Part shown: one piece after another, positions 38,744-49,296 of the stretch
Layout of the letters: every line of letters starts with the position of its first letter
Position numbering within the stretch: the stretch's first letter is position 1
Assembly (NCBI GenBank): GCA_964639185.1
Contig: CAZXCN010000003.1
Span: 14,059 to 78,058, forward strand
DNA length: 64,000 nucleotides
Direction: 5' to 3'
Source of the DNA: an uncultured Candidatus Saccharibacteria bacterium
GTDB taxonomy: Bacteria > Patescibacteriota > Minisyncoccia > Phycocordibacterales > UBA9973
Translations under genes and position numbers: made by a program
Notes under the pieces: model-generated
Told to the model about the DNA's origin: nothing
Databases searched by the model: none
The model's input: the letters and a program-made list of their open reading frames with translations, nothing else

Positions 38744-39785
38744 AATCTTCGTTTATTTTTTCTAGCAACATTGGCTCGAGCTCTATACTCTCGCCAGTGA
38801 TCTTCATAATATCTTTATCTACTTTTTTGAATTCTTTTTGGCTGGCTTGGTAGTGGTTGATAACTGTACCAATAGAATTACCAAGCTTGTTGTGATATTC
38901 CTCATACGATTTTAAATGTTTAGTCAATTCACCAACACGCTTTACTATATCTTTTGCACTCTCTTCTATCTGCATAGCTTTGAGGCCTTGGAGTACTGTT
39001 TGCAAATAAGCTAGGAATGAAGTAGGGGATACAATAATGACTTTGTATTTACTTGCAGCACGCTGAATCAGGTTTTCGTTGTCTTCATTCAGCCCTCCTA
39101 TTTTATTTATAAGCAAGTCATAATATATGGCTTCGTGAGGGATGAACATAAAGGCAAAGTCCATTGTGTTTTGATCGGGTTGGATATATTTACTTGTCTC
39201 GCTTATTCGCATTTTCAAATCATTTACAAAAGTTTTCTCTAATCTTTCTTTTTCAGATTTATCATTTGTTTCTACCATGCGATTATAATTCTCGAGCGAG
39301 AATTTAGAATCAATAGGAATGATTTTGTCTTTTACAAATACTACAGCATCGACAATAGTACCATCGGGGAATCCGTATTGCATTTCATAGCTTCCAGGTG
39401 GCATGACATTTTTTAATAAAGTTTCCAAATAATATTCACCGAGCACACCACGCTGTTTTGGGTTCTTCAATATGTCTTGCAAGCTCTTGAGCTGGTCGGC
39501 AAAAGATACAACTTGTTTATTTGTCTCATCGAGGCGTGTAATCTTCTCTGTGATGTCACCTATAATGCGAGATGTTTCGCTTGATTGATAGCGCATAGTC
39601 TCATTTACCTGTTTACTTGATTCATGGAGCTTGTTGTCCAGAGTCCGAGTCATCTCATTCATTTGCGCTAGAATCAATTTTAGCCCTGTATCATCAGCTT
39701 GCGTATCCTTTTTACTACGAGTAAAAAAGTAACCTACTACAAGCCCAGCTAGTACTGCAATTATTATAAATAAAATATTTGTCAT
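38742..39785 (-). CDS. rmuC: DNA recombination protein RmuC
   Basis: N-terminal TM, coiled coil, KQRGVLGE, IDSKFSL, FAFMFIPHE, VSPTS. Confidence 0.92.
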   Translation of the reverse strand: MTNILFIIIAVLAGLVVGYFFTRSKKDTQADDTGLKLILAQMNEMTRTLDNKLHESSKQVNETMRYQSSETSRIIGDITEKITRLDETNKQVVSFADQLKSLQDILKNPKQRGVLGEYYLETLLKNVMPPGSYEMQYGFPDGTIVDAVVFVKDKIIPIDSKFSLENYNRMVETNDKSEKERLEKTFVNDLKMRISETSKYIQPDQNTMDFAFMFIPHEAIYYDLLINKIGGLNEDNENLIQRAASKYKVIIVSPTSFLAYLQTVLQGLKAMQIEESAKDIVKRVGELTKHLKSYEEYHNKLGNSIGTVINHYQASQKEFKKVDKDIMKITGESIELEPMLLEKINED

Positions 39786-39889
39786 ATGTGTATTTTAGCA
39801 TAAACCTAAAAATGAACCTTATTTTCTAAACCTTTACAAAACCAATTTAGTATGTTAATTTAAAGAAAAATATTTAAAAATAAAATATC

Positions 39890-41716
39890 ATGAACAAAAG
39901 ATCCTTATTGCTCAAAAATTCTAGTGTAGAGATTAACAACACTGAAAAATTTGGATTGCTTCAATTTTTGCAATCCATCACTAACTCCATTCCCATGCCA
40001 CGTCTTTGGTTGCCTAATAATGATTACGATTATATGGGTTCCTTTCAGATCAAAGAAAAAATCGAAAAAAATGGCTTAAATTTTTTATCAAACATTGAAA
40101 TAGACTACGTAACTCTCTTGCAAAGACAAGAATTTATTAAATGGTTCTTTGGTAACAAGGAATTCATTAACTTCCTTTTGACTACAACTGTGCCGGTAAA
40201 AAAAAGTAGCGGTAATCGTTACTCTGATGTTACCGATGTTTTGGCAATGCGTCGTTATCTGTCGAATCTTTTAAAGTATCTAGAGGAACATCCTTATAGT
40301 GCTTCTTTTGCAAAAAAAGTGAAAAAAGAGTTATCTGATTTCAGGCAGATTGATTCCTTGGTAAGCTCATGTCACTCAATTACACTACAGGGAGTATGTT
40401 CTTTTACTCCAGAAAATCATTCCAGGAAATTTTTTCTTAATACGAAAAATTTGGAGTTAAAATTGGTTGGAAAAAATAAAAAGTACATACTAACTATTAT
40501 TGACTTTTTAGAGGGAAATGTTGATTCTATGAAATGTTGTTTAGAACAAAAAGGTGGAGATTCAAAAATGCCATATGATATTTGCGAAGCGATTTTTTAT
40601 GCAATTTTTACTTTATATAATGATGATATTAAAAAAATATCAGAAAATAAGAAGGGTAACGTGCATATAAAGCTTGAATTTTCAGACATTCAATTAAGAA
40701 GTGTGCAATGTATGTTGTCAGTACAAGGATTCGGTAAAAAGCATGTATTGTATCCTGTGAAAGTCGATCCGACGAGTAACAGTTACGAAACTGTTGAATT
40801 CCATGTTCTGCCAGAAAATGATTCTATTACAAAACACAGAATACTCACTAAAGTTTTACCTATTCAAAAATTGATGGATCTTCCTGGAAAAGAATCAGCA
40901 GGCTTATCAAACGGGTTCATTAATAAAATGACGAATACGGTAAGTGAATTTTTTCGACAATCTGATTCTTTTAAGGAATTGATTTTTTTGGCCAGCATTG
41001 CTCACTACTATCATAAATCTGGTAAAGTTTTTGTTTTCCCTAAAATTCTTCCAAAAGAAGAAATGAAGCTGAAATCAATAGCAAGTATCAATCCTTTGTT
41101 TATTGATGCAAAAAAATCGGTGCCAAATAATGTAATGTTGAATAGAAAGATATTGGCGAATGTGATTTATGGTGCAAATACTGGAGGAAAGACAGGTTAT
41201 GTAAATATGTTTATTTTAAATCAAATTTTGACTCAAACAGGATTACCTATTTTTGCCAAAAATGCCGAAATTTCCATGAAGGACAATATTCTCCTTCATT
41301 ATCCTGAAGGTGCAGAAATAAGCCCAAATGAATCAAGGTTTGATGCTGAGCTATCTCGATTGGAAACGCTATTAAAGCAGTCTACTAAATATAGCCTCAT
41401 AGTATTTGATGAAGCTTTTACAGGGACAGAGGCAGAAGTCGGTTCTTCTCAGTTGCAGGATGTGATTTTTGTGTTGAAGACATTGGGATGCCATTTTATG
41501 GTAACTACTCATTTTCATGGATTAATTGATTTCATTGATAAAATGGAATCTTTAGAAAATAAACATTTTAAATTGCCCAATCCTAACGGCGTCAAAAAAT
41601 TTAATTATAAAATCCAACCTAATGGATCAACTCAATCTTTTGGCCTTGATGTTATTCGTAGAAAAAAATTAGATCTTGAGTCAATGTTGAAATTAGTAGA
41701 AAAGAAAACTACTTAA
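39890..41716 (+). CDS. Divergent MutS-family ATPase (domain V only recognisable)
   Basis: GANTGGKT, QILTQTGL, SRFDAEL, DEAFTGT, TTHF. Confidence 0.8.
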   Translation: MNKRSLLLKNSSVEINNTEKFGLLQFLQSITNSIPMPRLWLPNNDYDYMGSFQIKEKIEKNGLNFLSNIEIDYVTLLQRQEFIKWFFGNKEFINFLLTTTVPVKKSSGNRYSDVTDVLAMRRYLSNLLKYLEEHPYSASFAKKVKKELSDFRQIDSLVSSCHSITLQGVCSFTPENHSRKFFLNTKNLELKLVGKNKKYILTIIDFLEGNVDSMKCCLEQKGGDSKMPYDICEAIFYAIFTLYNDDIKKISENKKGNVHIKLEFSDIQLRSVQCMLSVQGFGKKHVLYPVKVDPTSNSYETVEFHVLPENDSITKHRILTKVLPIQKLMDLPGKESAGLSNGFINKMTNTVSEFFRQSDSFKELIFLASIAHYYHKSGKVFVFPKILPKEEMKLKSIASINPLFIDAKKSVPNNVMLNRKILANVIYGANTGGKTGYVNMFILNQILTQTGLPIFAKNAEISMKDNILLHYPEGAEISPNESRFDAELSRLETLLKQSTKYSLIVFDEAFTGTEAEVGSSQLQDVIFVLKTLGCHFMVTTHFHGLIDFIDKMESLENKHFKLPNPNGVKKFNYKIQPNGSTQSFGLDVIRRKKLDLESMLKLVEKKTT

Positions 41717-41742
41717 AAGTAAATATACTTTATTCTTGAAAC

Positions 41743-41786
41743 AAAAAATCGCTCAAAGTCTTGAAAAAACTTGAGCGATTTTTTTA
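41743..41786. terminator. Bidirectional terminator
   Basis: AAAAAATCGCTCAA...TTGAGCGATTTTTT. Confidence 0.75.
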
Positions 41787-41790
41787 TTTT

Positions 41791-42510
41791 TTAATGCAAC
41801 ATTCCTAAATAATGTTTTAATGTATATATCCAATCTTCGTCATCGGGGCTTTGTTCCAACTTTTGATTCAATAACCATTGTAAATATCCTGAATCTATTT
41901 TGGATACTTCCTCAATACTCTTGCCCTTGTGTTTACCAAAATTAAAGTCACGCATTAGTGACGGGTGTGATGACATTTCAAGCATCTTTGTTATGGCTTT
42001 ATCCTCGCTACCTTCTTGGTCGACAGCTTTTTTATACAGTCTTTCAAACAATTTCTCTAGTACACGTACATCACCGAGTGCATCATGAGCTTGGGCATCT
42101 ACTTCTATTTCCAGCAAGTAACGCAAGTACTGTAAACCGTATTGGCTGATCTTGCCTTCTTTATCGAGCCCCCGTGCACATCGTAATGTACATATAAAAT
42201 TCTTCGGATAAATATCTTCTTTGTGCATCATGCCTAAGTCAAACTTGGCATTGTGAGCAATAAATATAGAATCATTATCTTCAAGTAAATCTTTCATCGG
42301 CTGGTAATCTCTGCTTTCTTTAAAGCTTGGCTTGTCAGCTACATGTTTGTTTGTGATGTGTGTTATTGCACTTGCTTCGGGTGGAATAGGTATCGCAGGC
42401 TTGTACAATTCGCAGAATTCGGTTCCGTCGAGTTTATATGCTATCTGACACAATACATCAGATGGTGTATTGCCTGTTGTCTCAGTATCTATAAATATAA
42501 GTTTTTTCAT
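41791..42510 (-). CDS. DEDDh 3'-5' exonuclease (ExoX-like)
   Basis: DTETTG, AHNAKFD, HDALGD; C-terminal FGKHKG..YLQWL. Confidence 0.88.
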   Translation of the reverse strand: MKKLIFIDTETTGNTPSDVLCQIAYKLDGTEFCELYKPAIPIPPEASAITHITNKHVADKPSFKESRDYQPMKDLLEDNDSIFIAHNAKFDLGMMHKEDIYPKNFICTLRCARGLDKEGKISQYGLQYLRYLLEIEVDAQAHDALGDVRVLEKLFERLYKKAVDQEGSEDKAITKMLEMSSHPSLMRDFNFGKHKGKSIEEVSKIDSGYLQWLLNQKLEQSPDDEDWIYTLKHYLGMLH

Positions 42511-42544
42511 TTTCTTATTGTATCATATTTGCTATAATAAAATC

Positions 42545-42997
42545 ATGTTACATGAACAAATAAAAGGTGGAATAAAGGAAGCAATGATGGCTCGCGACGC
42601 AGTGCGCCTCGAAGTATTACGAGGTCTGTCTGCTGCTTTTACAAATGAACTTGTTGCTACAGGACATACTCCTCAGGAGATGCTCAATGATGAACAAGCC
42701 CTAGCTGTTATTATTCGTACAGCAAAACAACGCAAAGATTCAATCGAGCAATTCACAAAAGGTGGCCGTATGGATTTAGCACAAGAGGATCAGGCCCAAT
42801 TAGCAGTATTGGAAGTATATTTACCGAGGATGATGGAGCGTAGCGAAGTAGAGGACATAGCTCGTGCAAAGCAAATAGAGCTCGGATTCACAGACCCTGC
42901 TAAAAAAGGAATGTTTATGGCAACCTTGATGAAGGACCTAAAAGGTAAAGCCGATGGAAATGTAGTAAAAGAAGTCGTCGATTCATTATTTAATTAA
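42545..42997 (+). CDS. GatB/YqeY domain protein
   Basis: KEAMMARD, KQRKDSIEQF..GGR.DLA, YLP, KGKADG. Confidence 0.9.
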   Translation: MLHEQIKGGIKEAMMARDAVRLEVLRGLSAAFTNELVATGHTPQEMLNDEQALAVIIRTAKQRKDSIEQFTKGGRMDLAQEDQAQLAVLEVYLPRMMERSEVEDIARAKQIELGFTDPAKKGMFMATLMKDLKGKADGNVVKEVVDSLFN

Positions 42998-43015
42998 TTT
43001 TTTTAAAAAAATATT

Positions 43016-43360
43016 ATGAGGATTATTTTACATTGGATTATTCTTTCTGTTGCAGTGTGGGGTACGACTAAGGTTATGCCTGGCATTACTGTTAACCCTG
43101 TATGGGTAGCAGCAGTAGTAGGTGCTTGTCTAACACTATTCAATATGTTTCTAAAGCCGGTTATAAATGTACTAACATTGCCTTTGAATCTACTGACACT
43201 CGGGTTCTTTTCATTAATCGTAAATGGTTTTATATTTTGGTACCTTAGTACAATATTAAAAGGTTTTACTATTACTAGCTTTACAGCAGCATTTGTGGGG
43301 GCATTGGTAGTGTCACTCTTGAATTGGTTGATCACAAAAGTATTTCGATTTGACCTATAA
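43016..43360 (+). CDS. 4-TM phage-holin-family (YvlD-like) membrane protein
   Basis: KPVINVLTLPLNLLTLGFFSLIVN. Confidence 0.85.
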   Translation: MRIILHWIILSVAVWGTTKVMPGITVNPVWVAAVVGACLTLFNMFLKPVINVLTLPLNLLTLGFFSLIVNGFIFWYLSTILKGFTITSFTAAFVGALVVSLLNWLITKVFRFDL

Positions 43361-43363
43361 TAC

Positions 43364-43972
43364 ATGTTAAGCATTCACTTTATTAGTCATTTTGTAGAGA
43401 ACCACGCCATAGTGGCTTATATTCTAATATTTCTAGGAGTACTTATTGAGGGTGAGATCATTGTTATATTGGCAGGTATATTTGCTTATCTAGGTTCATT
43501 GAATGTTGTTTTTTCTGGAGTAGCAATTTTTCTGGGTGGAGCAATAAAATCTATGATTGGTTACTCGTTAGGGTATTATTTGCAAAAGCATCATTCGCAT
43601 AGAATCTTTTTAAGAAAGATCGAAAAGCGTATTACCTACTTTTTACCACGCTTTACTAACAAGCCTTTTTGGTCTATATTTATATCACGATTCTTTATTC
43701 TAGGGTTGAACTGGTTTACCCTTATATTCTCAGGATATAAGAGGGTAAATATAAAGACATATCTCAAAGCCGAGATTTGCTCCCTTATTGTGTGGATGAC
43801 AGCCATGTTCTCACTAGGTTATTCGTTCAGCTACGCAGCTCTTAATGTTAGTCGAGATATACGTAAATTTTTTGGATTCCTGATTCTATTTTTTATACTA
43901 TTTTTCTTTGTTAGAAAGTTAATAGCATTTATTATAGAAATAAATAGTAAGTTGGATATTGATTCAAATTAA
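43364..43972 (+). CDS. DedA/VTT family membrane protein
   Basis: IEGE..ILAG, GYSLG, SRF. Confidence 0.8.
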   Translation: MLSIHFISHFVENHAIVAYILIFLGVLIEGEIIVILAGIFAYLGSLNVVFSGVAIFLGGAIKSMIGYSLGYYLQKHHSHRIFLRKIEKRITYFLPRFTNKPFWSIFISRFFILGLNWFTLIFSGYKRVNIKTYLKAEICSLIVWMTAMFSLGYSFSYAALNVSRDIRKFFGFLILFFILFFFVRKLIAFIIEINSKLDIDSN

Positions 43973-43977
43973 ATAAA

Positions 43978-44874
43978 ATGAAATTTTTTAATAAAAAGAA
44001 AATATTAGTAACACACAACAGTACATTTCATGCTGATGATGTTTTTGCTACAGCAGTACTATCAATACTTTTTAAAGACAATGTTCGTATTATTCGTACT
44101 CGTGACGAAGCTTTGATAAAGAGTGCCGATGTAGTGTACGATGTAGGTGGTGAAGATGACCCAGATCATGACAGGTTTGATCATCATCAAATAGGTGGTG
44201 CAGGCAAGAGGGCAAATGGAATACCTTATGCAGCTTTTGGTTTAGTATGGAAGAAATATGGCGAGCATTTATGTGGCAGTAAAGCTTGTGCTGATAGGGT
44301 AGATGAGAGGTTGGTGCAGCCTATCGATGCAAATGACAATGGTATGGATTTGTTTAGTGATACTGCAATTACTGCACCATATTTAATACAAAATGCTTTT
44401 TATTCTTTTAGACCTAGCTGGAAGGAGGAACAAGATTATGATTCAGCTTTTATCAAAGTAGTAAAGATAGCAAAACAGATTCTAGAGAGGGAGATAATAA
44501 AAACACGCGATGCACTCGATGGGCAGAGCTTGGTGTACGAAGCTTACCAGAAATGCGATGATAAGAGGTTGCTAATACTTGATACCAAGCTCCCTTGGGA
44601 GGAAGTTGCTACATCGTATGGGGAACCACTATTAGTTGTTGCTCCACGACCTGATGGTAAATGGAAAGCCGAAGCCGTATTTATCAAGTCAGGTTCTATT
44701 GAACGCAAGATTAAATTACCGGAAAGTTGGGCTGGACTTCGTGATGAATCATTGGCCAAGGTAACTGGGGTACCGGATTCAGTATTTTGCCACAATGGGC
44801 GGTTTATGGTAGTGGCTATGAGTAAAGAAGGCGCAATCCAATTAGCAAAGCAGGCTTTAGCAATTAATAAATAA
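43978..44874 (+). CDS. MYG1 family exonuclease
   Basis: THNSTFHADD, RTRD, DVGG, FDHHQ, FCH. Confidence 0.9.
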   Translation: MKFFNKKKILVTHNSTFHADDVFATAVLSILFKDNVRIIRTRDEALIKSADVVYDVGGEDDPDHDRFDHHQIGGAGKRANGIPYAAFGLVWKKYGEHLCGSKACADRVDERLVQPIDANDNGMDLFSDTAITAPYLIQNAFYSFRPSWKEEQDYDSAFIKVVKIAKQILEREIIKTRDALDGQSLVYEAYQKCDDKRLLILDTKLPWEEVATSYGEPLLVVAPRPDGKWKAEAVFIKSGSIERKIKLPESWAGLRDESLAKVTGVPDSVFCHNGRFMVVAMSKEGAIQLAKQALAINK

Positions 44875-44887
44875 AGAATTAAATTTT

Positions 44888-45859
44888 ATGTTAATAGATG
44901 AAATAAAAATAAATGCAAAGGCTGGTCGTGGTGGTGACGGGGTAGTACGATGGCGTCAGGAAAAATTCGTAGATAAAGGTGGTCCAAATGGTGGCGACGG
45001 TGGGCATGGTGGTGATGTGTACGCATTAGGTGTACAAGACATAAACTTGCTTGCTAAATATAAACACAAGAAAAAATTCGAAGCCGAGGACGGCAAGGAG
45101 GGTGCTGGTGGAAGCAGGCATGGTAAAAGTGGCGAGGATTTAATAATTGAATTTCCAATAGGTTCTATTATTACCAATATTGCAAGTGGTGATTTTGTGT
45201 CATTGGAAACTGAAGGGCAAAAGGAATTATTGCTCCGAGGTGGCCAAGGTGGGTTCGGTAATGAAAGATTCAAGAGTTCAATAAACACTACTCCGACAAA
45301 AGCTACCAAAGGTATATTTGGCGAGGAAGGTAATTTCCAAATAGAATTGCATTTGTTTGCAGACGTTGGATTGATAGGTTTACCAAATGCTGGCAAGAGT
45401 TCATTGTTGAATTCATTAACAAATGCTAATGCAAAAATCGGGGCTTATCAATTTACTACTTTGGATCCAAACTTGGGCGAATTCCATAAATTTATACTTG
45501 CTGATATTCCTGGGCTTATCGAAGGTGCAAGTGAGGGTAAAGGTCTAGGTATCAAATTCCTAAAGCATATTACTCGTACCAAAATGTTGGCACACTTGGT
45601 AAGCTTTGAAAATGCAGACATGATGAAAGTATACAAAGAGATACGTCATGAATTAGAAAATTATGATAAAGAATTGGCTGAAAAAGATGAAATTATTATT
45701 TTAACAAAGACCGATGTTGTAACTGACCCAAAGGTTATTGAAAAAGCAAAGAAGGAATTTGCAAAATTAAAAAAGCCGGTATTTGTATTGTCATTGTTTG
45801 ATGATGCGATGGTAAAACAATTCAGCGACGATTTTATAAAACTTTTACGAGTAAAATAA
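44888..45859 (+). CDS. obgE: GTPase Obg
   Basis: Gly-rich Obg fold, GLPNAGKS, YQFTTL, DIPGLIEGA, TKTD. Confidence 0.96.
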   Translation: MLIDEIKINAKAGRGGDGVVRWRQEKFVDKGGPNGGDGGHGGDVYALGVQDINLLAKYKHKKKFEAEDGKEGAGGSRHGKSGEDLIIEFPIGSIITNIASGDFVSLETEGQKELLLRGGQGGFGNERFKSSINTTPTKATKGIFGEEGNFQIELHLFADVGLIGLPNAGKSSLLNSLTNANAKIGAYQFTTLDPNLGEFHKFILADIPGLIEGASEGKGLGIKFLKHITRTKMLAHLVSFENADMMKVYKEIRHELENYDKELAEKDEIIILTKTDVVTDPKVIEKAKKEFAKLKKPVFVLSLFDDAMVKQFSDDFIKLLRVK

Positions 45860-45871
45860 TTTATTTATAAA

Positions 45872-47302
45872 ATGGAACAGAAAAAATATTACACAACAAT
45901 AGGGCTCGAAATCCATGCTGAATTAAAAACTAATTCAAAGATGTTTTGTGGTTGCAAAAACAATGTTGACATACTCGACGAGGGTGTAGAATACAAGCCC
46001 AATGTTTATATCTGCCCTGTGTGTATGGCACACCCAGGTACATTGCCAATGCCGAACAAGGAGGCTATAAAAAGTGTAATAAAAGTAGGTTTGGCACTCG
46101 GTGGCGATATTGCTGATTTTACTGAATTTGATCGCAAGAATTATTTCTATCCAGATATTCCAAAAGCATATCAGATATCACAGTTAAAATACCCGATAGT
46201 TCGAGGTGGAAATTTAGCAGGGGTTGCTATCACTCGCGTACATTTAGAGGAGGATACAGCAACATCATCACACTCTGTCGATGGGTCACTTGTTGATTTT
46301 AATCGCGCTGGTGTACCGTTGATGGAATTAGTTACCGAGCCTGTAATACATAACATAAATAAAATAAGTGAATTTGCCAGTGGCTTGCAGACACTACTGC
46401 GCTACCTGAAAGTTTCCGAAGCAAATATGGAAATGGGCCAAATGCGTGTTGAAGTAAATATTTCTGTACATCCTGAGGAAGGTAAATTTGGTATACCAGT
46501 AGAAGTGAAGAATATTGCATCATTCCGTTCGGCTGAAAGGGCAGCACTATATGAACAGAAGCGCATGATCGACCTATGGGAGTCTGGTAAGCAAAGTGAA
46601 ATAGTAAAAGAAACTCGTGGTTGGAACGAAGACAAGCAAGCTACATTTAGCCAGCGCACAAAAGAGAACGCCGAGGATTATCGTTATTTCCCCGACCCAG
46701 ATATTTCGAAATTATATTTAAGCAAGCTTTTTGATATTGAAAAAATCCGAAGTGAACTTCCTGAGCTTCCTGAAGCAAAGCGTGTACGGTATCAGAATGA
46801 TTTTGGAATCAAAGATGAAGATATAGAAACATATATAATAGACCAAGATCTTGGTATATGGTTTGAAAGTGTGGCAAGTATTCTAAATGATAAAAATAAA
46901 GTAAAGACTGCTTCAAATTATATTACATCAGACTATATAGGATTAAAGAAATCAAATGACAGTATCAAGCTTCCAAGCTCTGAGAATTTTGCCGAGCTTG
47001 TAAATATGGTTGCAGATGGGCAAGTGTCTTCACGCGGAGCAAAAGATATATTGGCTATGATTGTAGTTGAAGATGCCAGCCCTATGAAAATAGCAACTGA
47101 GAAAGATTTGATACAGAAGAATGATGAGGGTGCATTGAAAGAAATATGTCAGAAGGTGATAGACGCCAATCCCGATGTTGTTGCTTCATACAAAGCCGGC
47201 AAGGAGCCTGTATTAATGGCATTGGTGGGCCAAGTAATGAAAGAGTCAAAAGGATCTGCGAACCCGCAACTAGTTCAGAAAGTATTAAAGGAGTTAATCT
47301 AA
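45872..47302 (+). CDS. gatB: Asp/Glu-tRNA amidotransferase subunit B
   Basis: IGLEIH, FDRKNYFYPD, HLEED, YRYFPDPD. Confidence 0.96.
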   Translation: MEQKKYYTTIGLEIHAELKTNSKMFCGCKNNVDILDEGVEYKPNVYICPVCMAHPGTLPMPNKEAIKSVIKVGLALGGDIADFTEFDRKNYFYPDIPKAYQISQLKYPIVRGGNLAGVAITRVHLEEDTATSSHSVDGSLVDFNRAGVPLMELVTEPVIHNINKISEFASGLQTLLRYLKVSEANMEMGQMRVEVNISVHPEEGKFGIPVEVKNIASFRSAERAALYEQKRMIDLWESGKQSEIVKETRGWNEDKQATFSQRTKENAEDYRYFPDPDISKLYLSKLFDIEKIRSELPELPEAKRVRYQNDFGIKDEDIETYIIDQDLGIWFESVASILNDKNKVKTASNYITSDYIGLKKSNDSIKLPSSENFAELVNMVADGQVSSRGAKDILAMIVVEDASPMKIATEKDLIQKNDEGALKEICQKVIDANPDVVASYKAGKEPVLMALVGQVMKESKGSANPQLVQKVLKELI

Positions 47303-47306
47303 ATAT

Positions 47307-47546
47307 ATGGAAGATAAAATAAAACCAGGGCAAATATATAAACACTACAAAGGTGATACTTATAAAATTATTACTTTAGCAAAACATTCTGAGACTCGTG
47401 AATGGATGGTGGTTTATGAAAGACAAACAGATATAGTTCATAATGGGTGGAAAATGCAAGTTCGCCCACTCGATATGTTCATGGAAGACGTAGATGTCTC
47501 AGAATATAATTACAAAGGCCCCCGTTTCCAATACATAGAAGGATAA
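47307..47546 (+). CDS. DUF1653 family protein
   Basis: YKHYKG..Y, HSET, VVYE, VRPLDMF, PRF. Confidence 0.85.
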   Translation: MEDKIKPGQIYKHYKGDTYKIITLAKHSETREWMVVYERQTDIVHNGWKMQVRPLDMFMEDVDVSEYNYKGPRFQYIEG

Positions 47547-48107
47547 AGAAAGACCCGAGTTAACCTCGGGTCTTTTTGTTGCTAGTAGATTTTTCAAAAA
47601 TGTCTTTCGACAGGCAATGAATATTGATAGCATTTGAAAACATACAAAAATGTAATCATTGTTTTCAAGTAGAATGTAAGCTAATAATACATCTGCTATT
47701 ATATTTACATACCAACCGAATTTTTTATTCCTTGCTATTAATAAACTACCTATAAGAAAGAAGCTTGAAGAAATTGTTTCCTGTATTTTGCTATTCCCAA
47801 TAAAAAAATAAATAAATATGACTACACATGCTATGAATGCCATACTGTTGTCAGTTTTAGTTATTATCTTTATTCCACGTTTCCATTTGTGGAAACCATA
47901 AATGGCAAAAGGTATGTTGATAATTTCTACTATACCTAAAATATAGTGTTTACTAATAAAAAAGAAAAAAATTCCAGCAAGAATGGATGCCAAAATGGCA
48001 AGTATCCAACCAGATGACTTTTCCTTTGCGAGCTTGTGCTCACTCAGTACTGCTACAAGGGCTACTACTAGCTCGAACCCTTGGATGGCTAAGTCACTGT
48101 CTCTCAT
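47499..48107 (-). CDS. PnuC-like membrane transporter
   Basis: Two internal repeats (LAKEKSSGW / LIARNKKFGW), YGFHKW. Reads through the 47549-47577 hairpin. Confidence 0.6.
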   Translation of the reverse strand: MRDSDLAIQGFELVVALVAVLSEHKLAKEKSSGWILAILASILAGIFFFFISKHYILGIVEIINIPFAIYGFHKWKRGIKIITKTDNSMAFIACVVIFIYFFIGNSKIQETISSSFFLIGSLLIARNKKFGWYVNIIADVLLAYILLENNDYIFVCFQMLSIFIACRKTFLKNLLATKRPEVNSGLSLSFYVLETGAFVIIF

Positions 48108-48197
48108 AAAATGGAACTTTTATGTTCATATATATTATATACCTATATAAATAAAAAAGCCCTTTTTGTTTGTGTCTATTATTGGTATAATTGACCT

Positions 48198-49292
48198 ATG
48201 AAATTATTTAACAAAAAATCGTCTTCTGACGGAAAGAAAATTAAAGTAGCTATTAATGGTTTTGGTCGTATCGGTCGTGCTTTTTACCGTATTGCTTGGG
48301 ATAATCCAAATATTGATGTAGTGGCTATCAATGACCTTGGTTCTATGGAGTCACTCGCATATCTATTACAATACGACTCTGTTTATCGTGAGAAATTATT
48401 TATCGTAAAAGGAACAGCTAATGCAAATGGTATTGGTGGCACTCTCAATGTTGTTGGGGCAAATGGTAGGAATGAGGTGTTGCAAGTATTGGCCGAGAAA
48501 GAACCAGGTAAGTTACCATGGAAAGATATGGATGTAGATGTGGTGGTGGAATCTACTGGCTTCTTTACTACATACGACAAAGCCAATGCTCATATTACAG
48601 CTGGTGCAAAGAAGGTGGTAATATCTGCCCCTGCAAAAATGGGCGAAGATACAAGCATAATTGGCGAGACAATAGTATTGGGTATCAACGAAGATAAATT
48701 TGGTACATGTGATGTGACAAGCAATGCCAGCTGTACTACAAATGGTGCAAGCCCAGTGATAGCGATACTTGATAAAGCTATTGGTATAGATAAAGCCATG
48801 CTTTCTACAACACATGCATATACTGGTACTCAGGCATTGGTTGACGGTCCAAGTAAGAAAGATTTCCGCGAAGGTCGTGGAGCTGCGCAGAATATTGTGC
48901 CATCTTCAACTGGAGCAGCATTAGCTGTCGCACAAGTGTATCCAAAACTAAAAGGTAAATTTGACGGTATATCACTCCGTGTACCAGTACCAGCAGGTTC
49001 TATTGTAGATATTACATTTATCGCATCACGCGCAACAACTGCCGAAGAAGTGAATAAGATACTGACTGATGCATCACAGACACAAGAATGGCAGAACTTG
49101 ATTCAGGTAACCAATGAGCCAGTTGTCTCTACAGATATATTGGGTGCAAAAGTTCCATGTATTGCCGACCTCGCACTGACACGTGTAGTGGATGGTAACT
49201 TGGTAAAAGTCATGGCTTGGTATGATAACGAGATGGGGTATACGCATACACTTGTAGACCATGTAATCAAAACTGGGAAGACTATAAAATAA
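48198..49292 (+). CDS. gap: Glyceraldehyde-3-phosphate dehydrogenase
   Basis: INGFGRIGR, ASCTTN, WYDNE. Confidence 0.96.
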   Translation: MKLFNKKSSSDGKKIKVAINGFGRIGRAFYRIAWDNPNIDVVAINDLGSMESLAYLLQYDSVYREKLFIVKGTANANGIGGTLNVVGANGRNEVLQVLAEKEPGKLPWKDMDVDVVVESTGFFTTYDKANAHITAGAKKVVISAPAKMGEDTSIIGETIVLGINEDKFGTCDVTSNASCTTNGASPVIAILDKAIGIDKAMLSTTHAYTGTQALVDGPSKKDFREGRGAAQNIVPSSTGAALAVAQVYPKLKGKFDGISLRVPVPAGSIVDITFIASRATTAEEVNKILTDASQTQEWQNLIQVTNEPVVSTDILGAKVPCIADLALTRVVDGNLVKVMAWYDNEMGYTHTLVDHVIKTGKTIK

Positions 49293-49296
49293 TATT

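Noticed and set aside
43016-43360. Holin as evidence of a prophage
   Set aside because: The YvlD-like family is commonly chromosomal, and there are no phage genes nearby.
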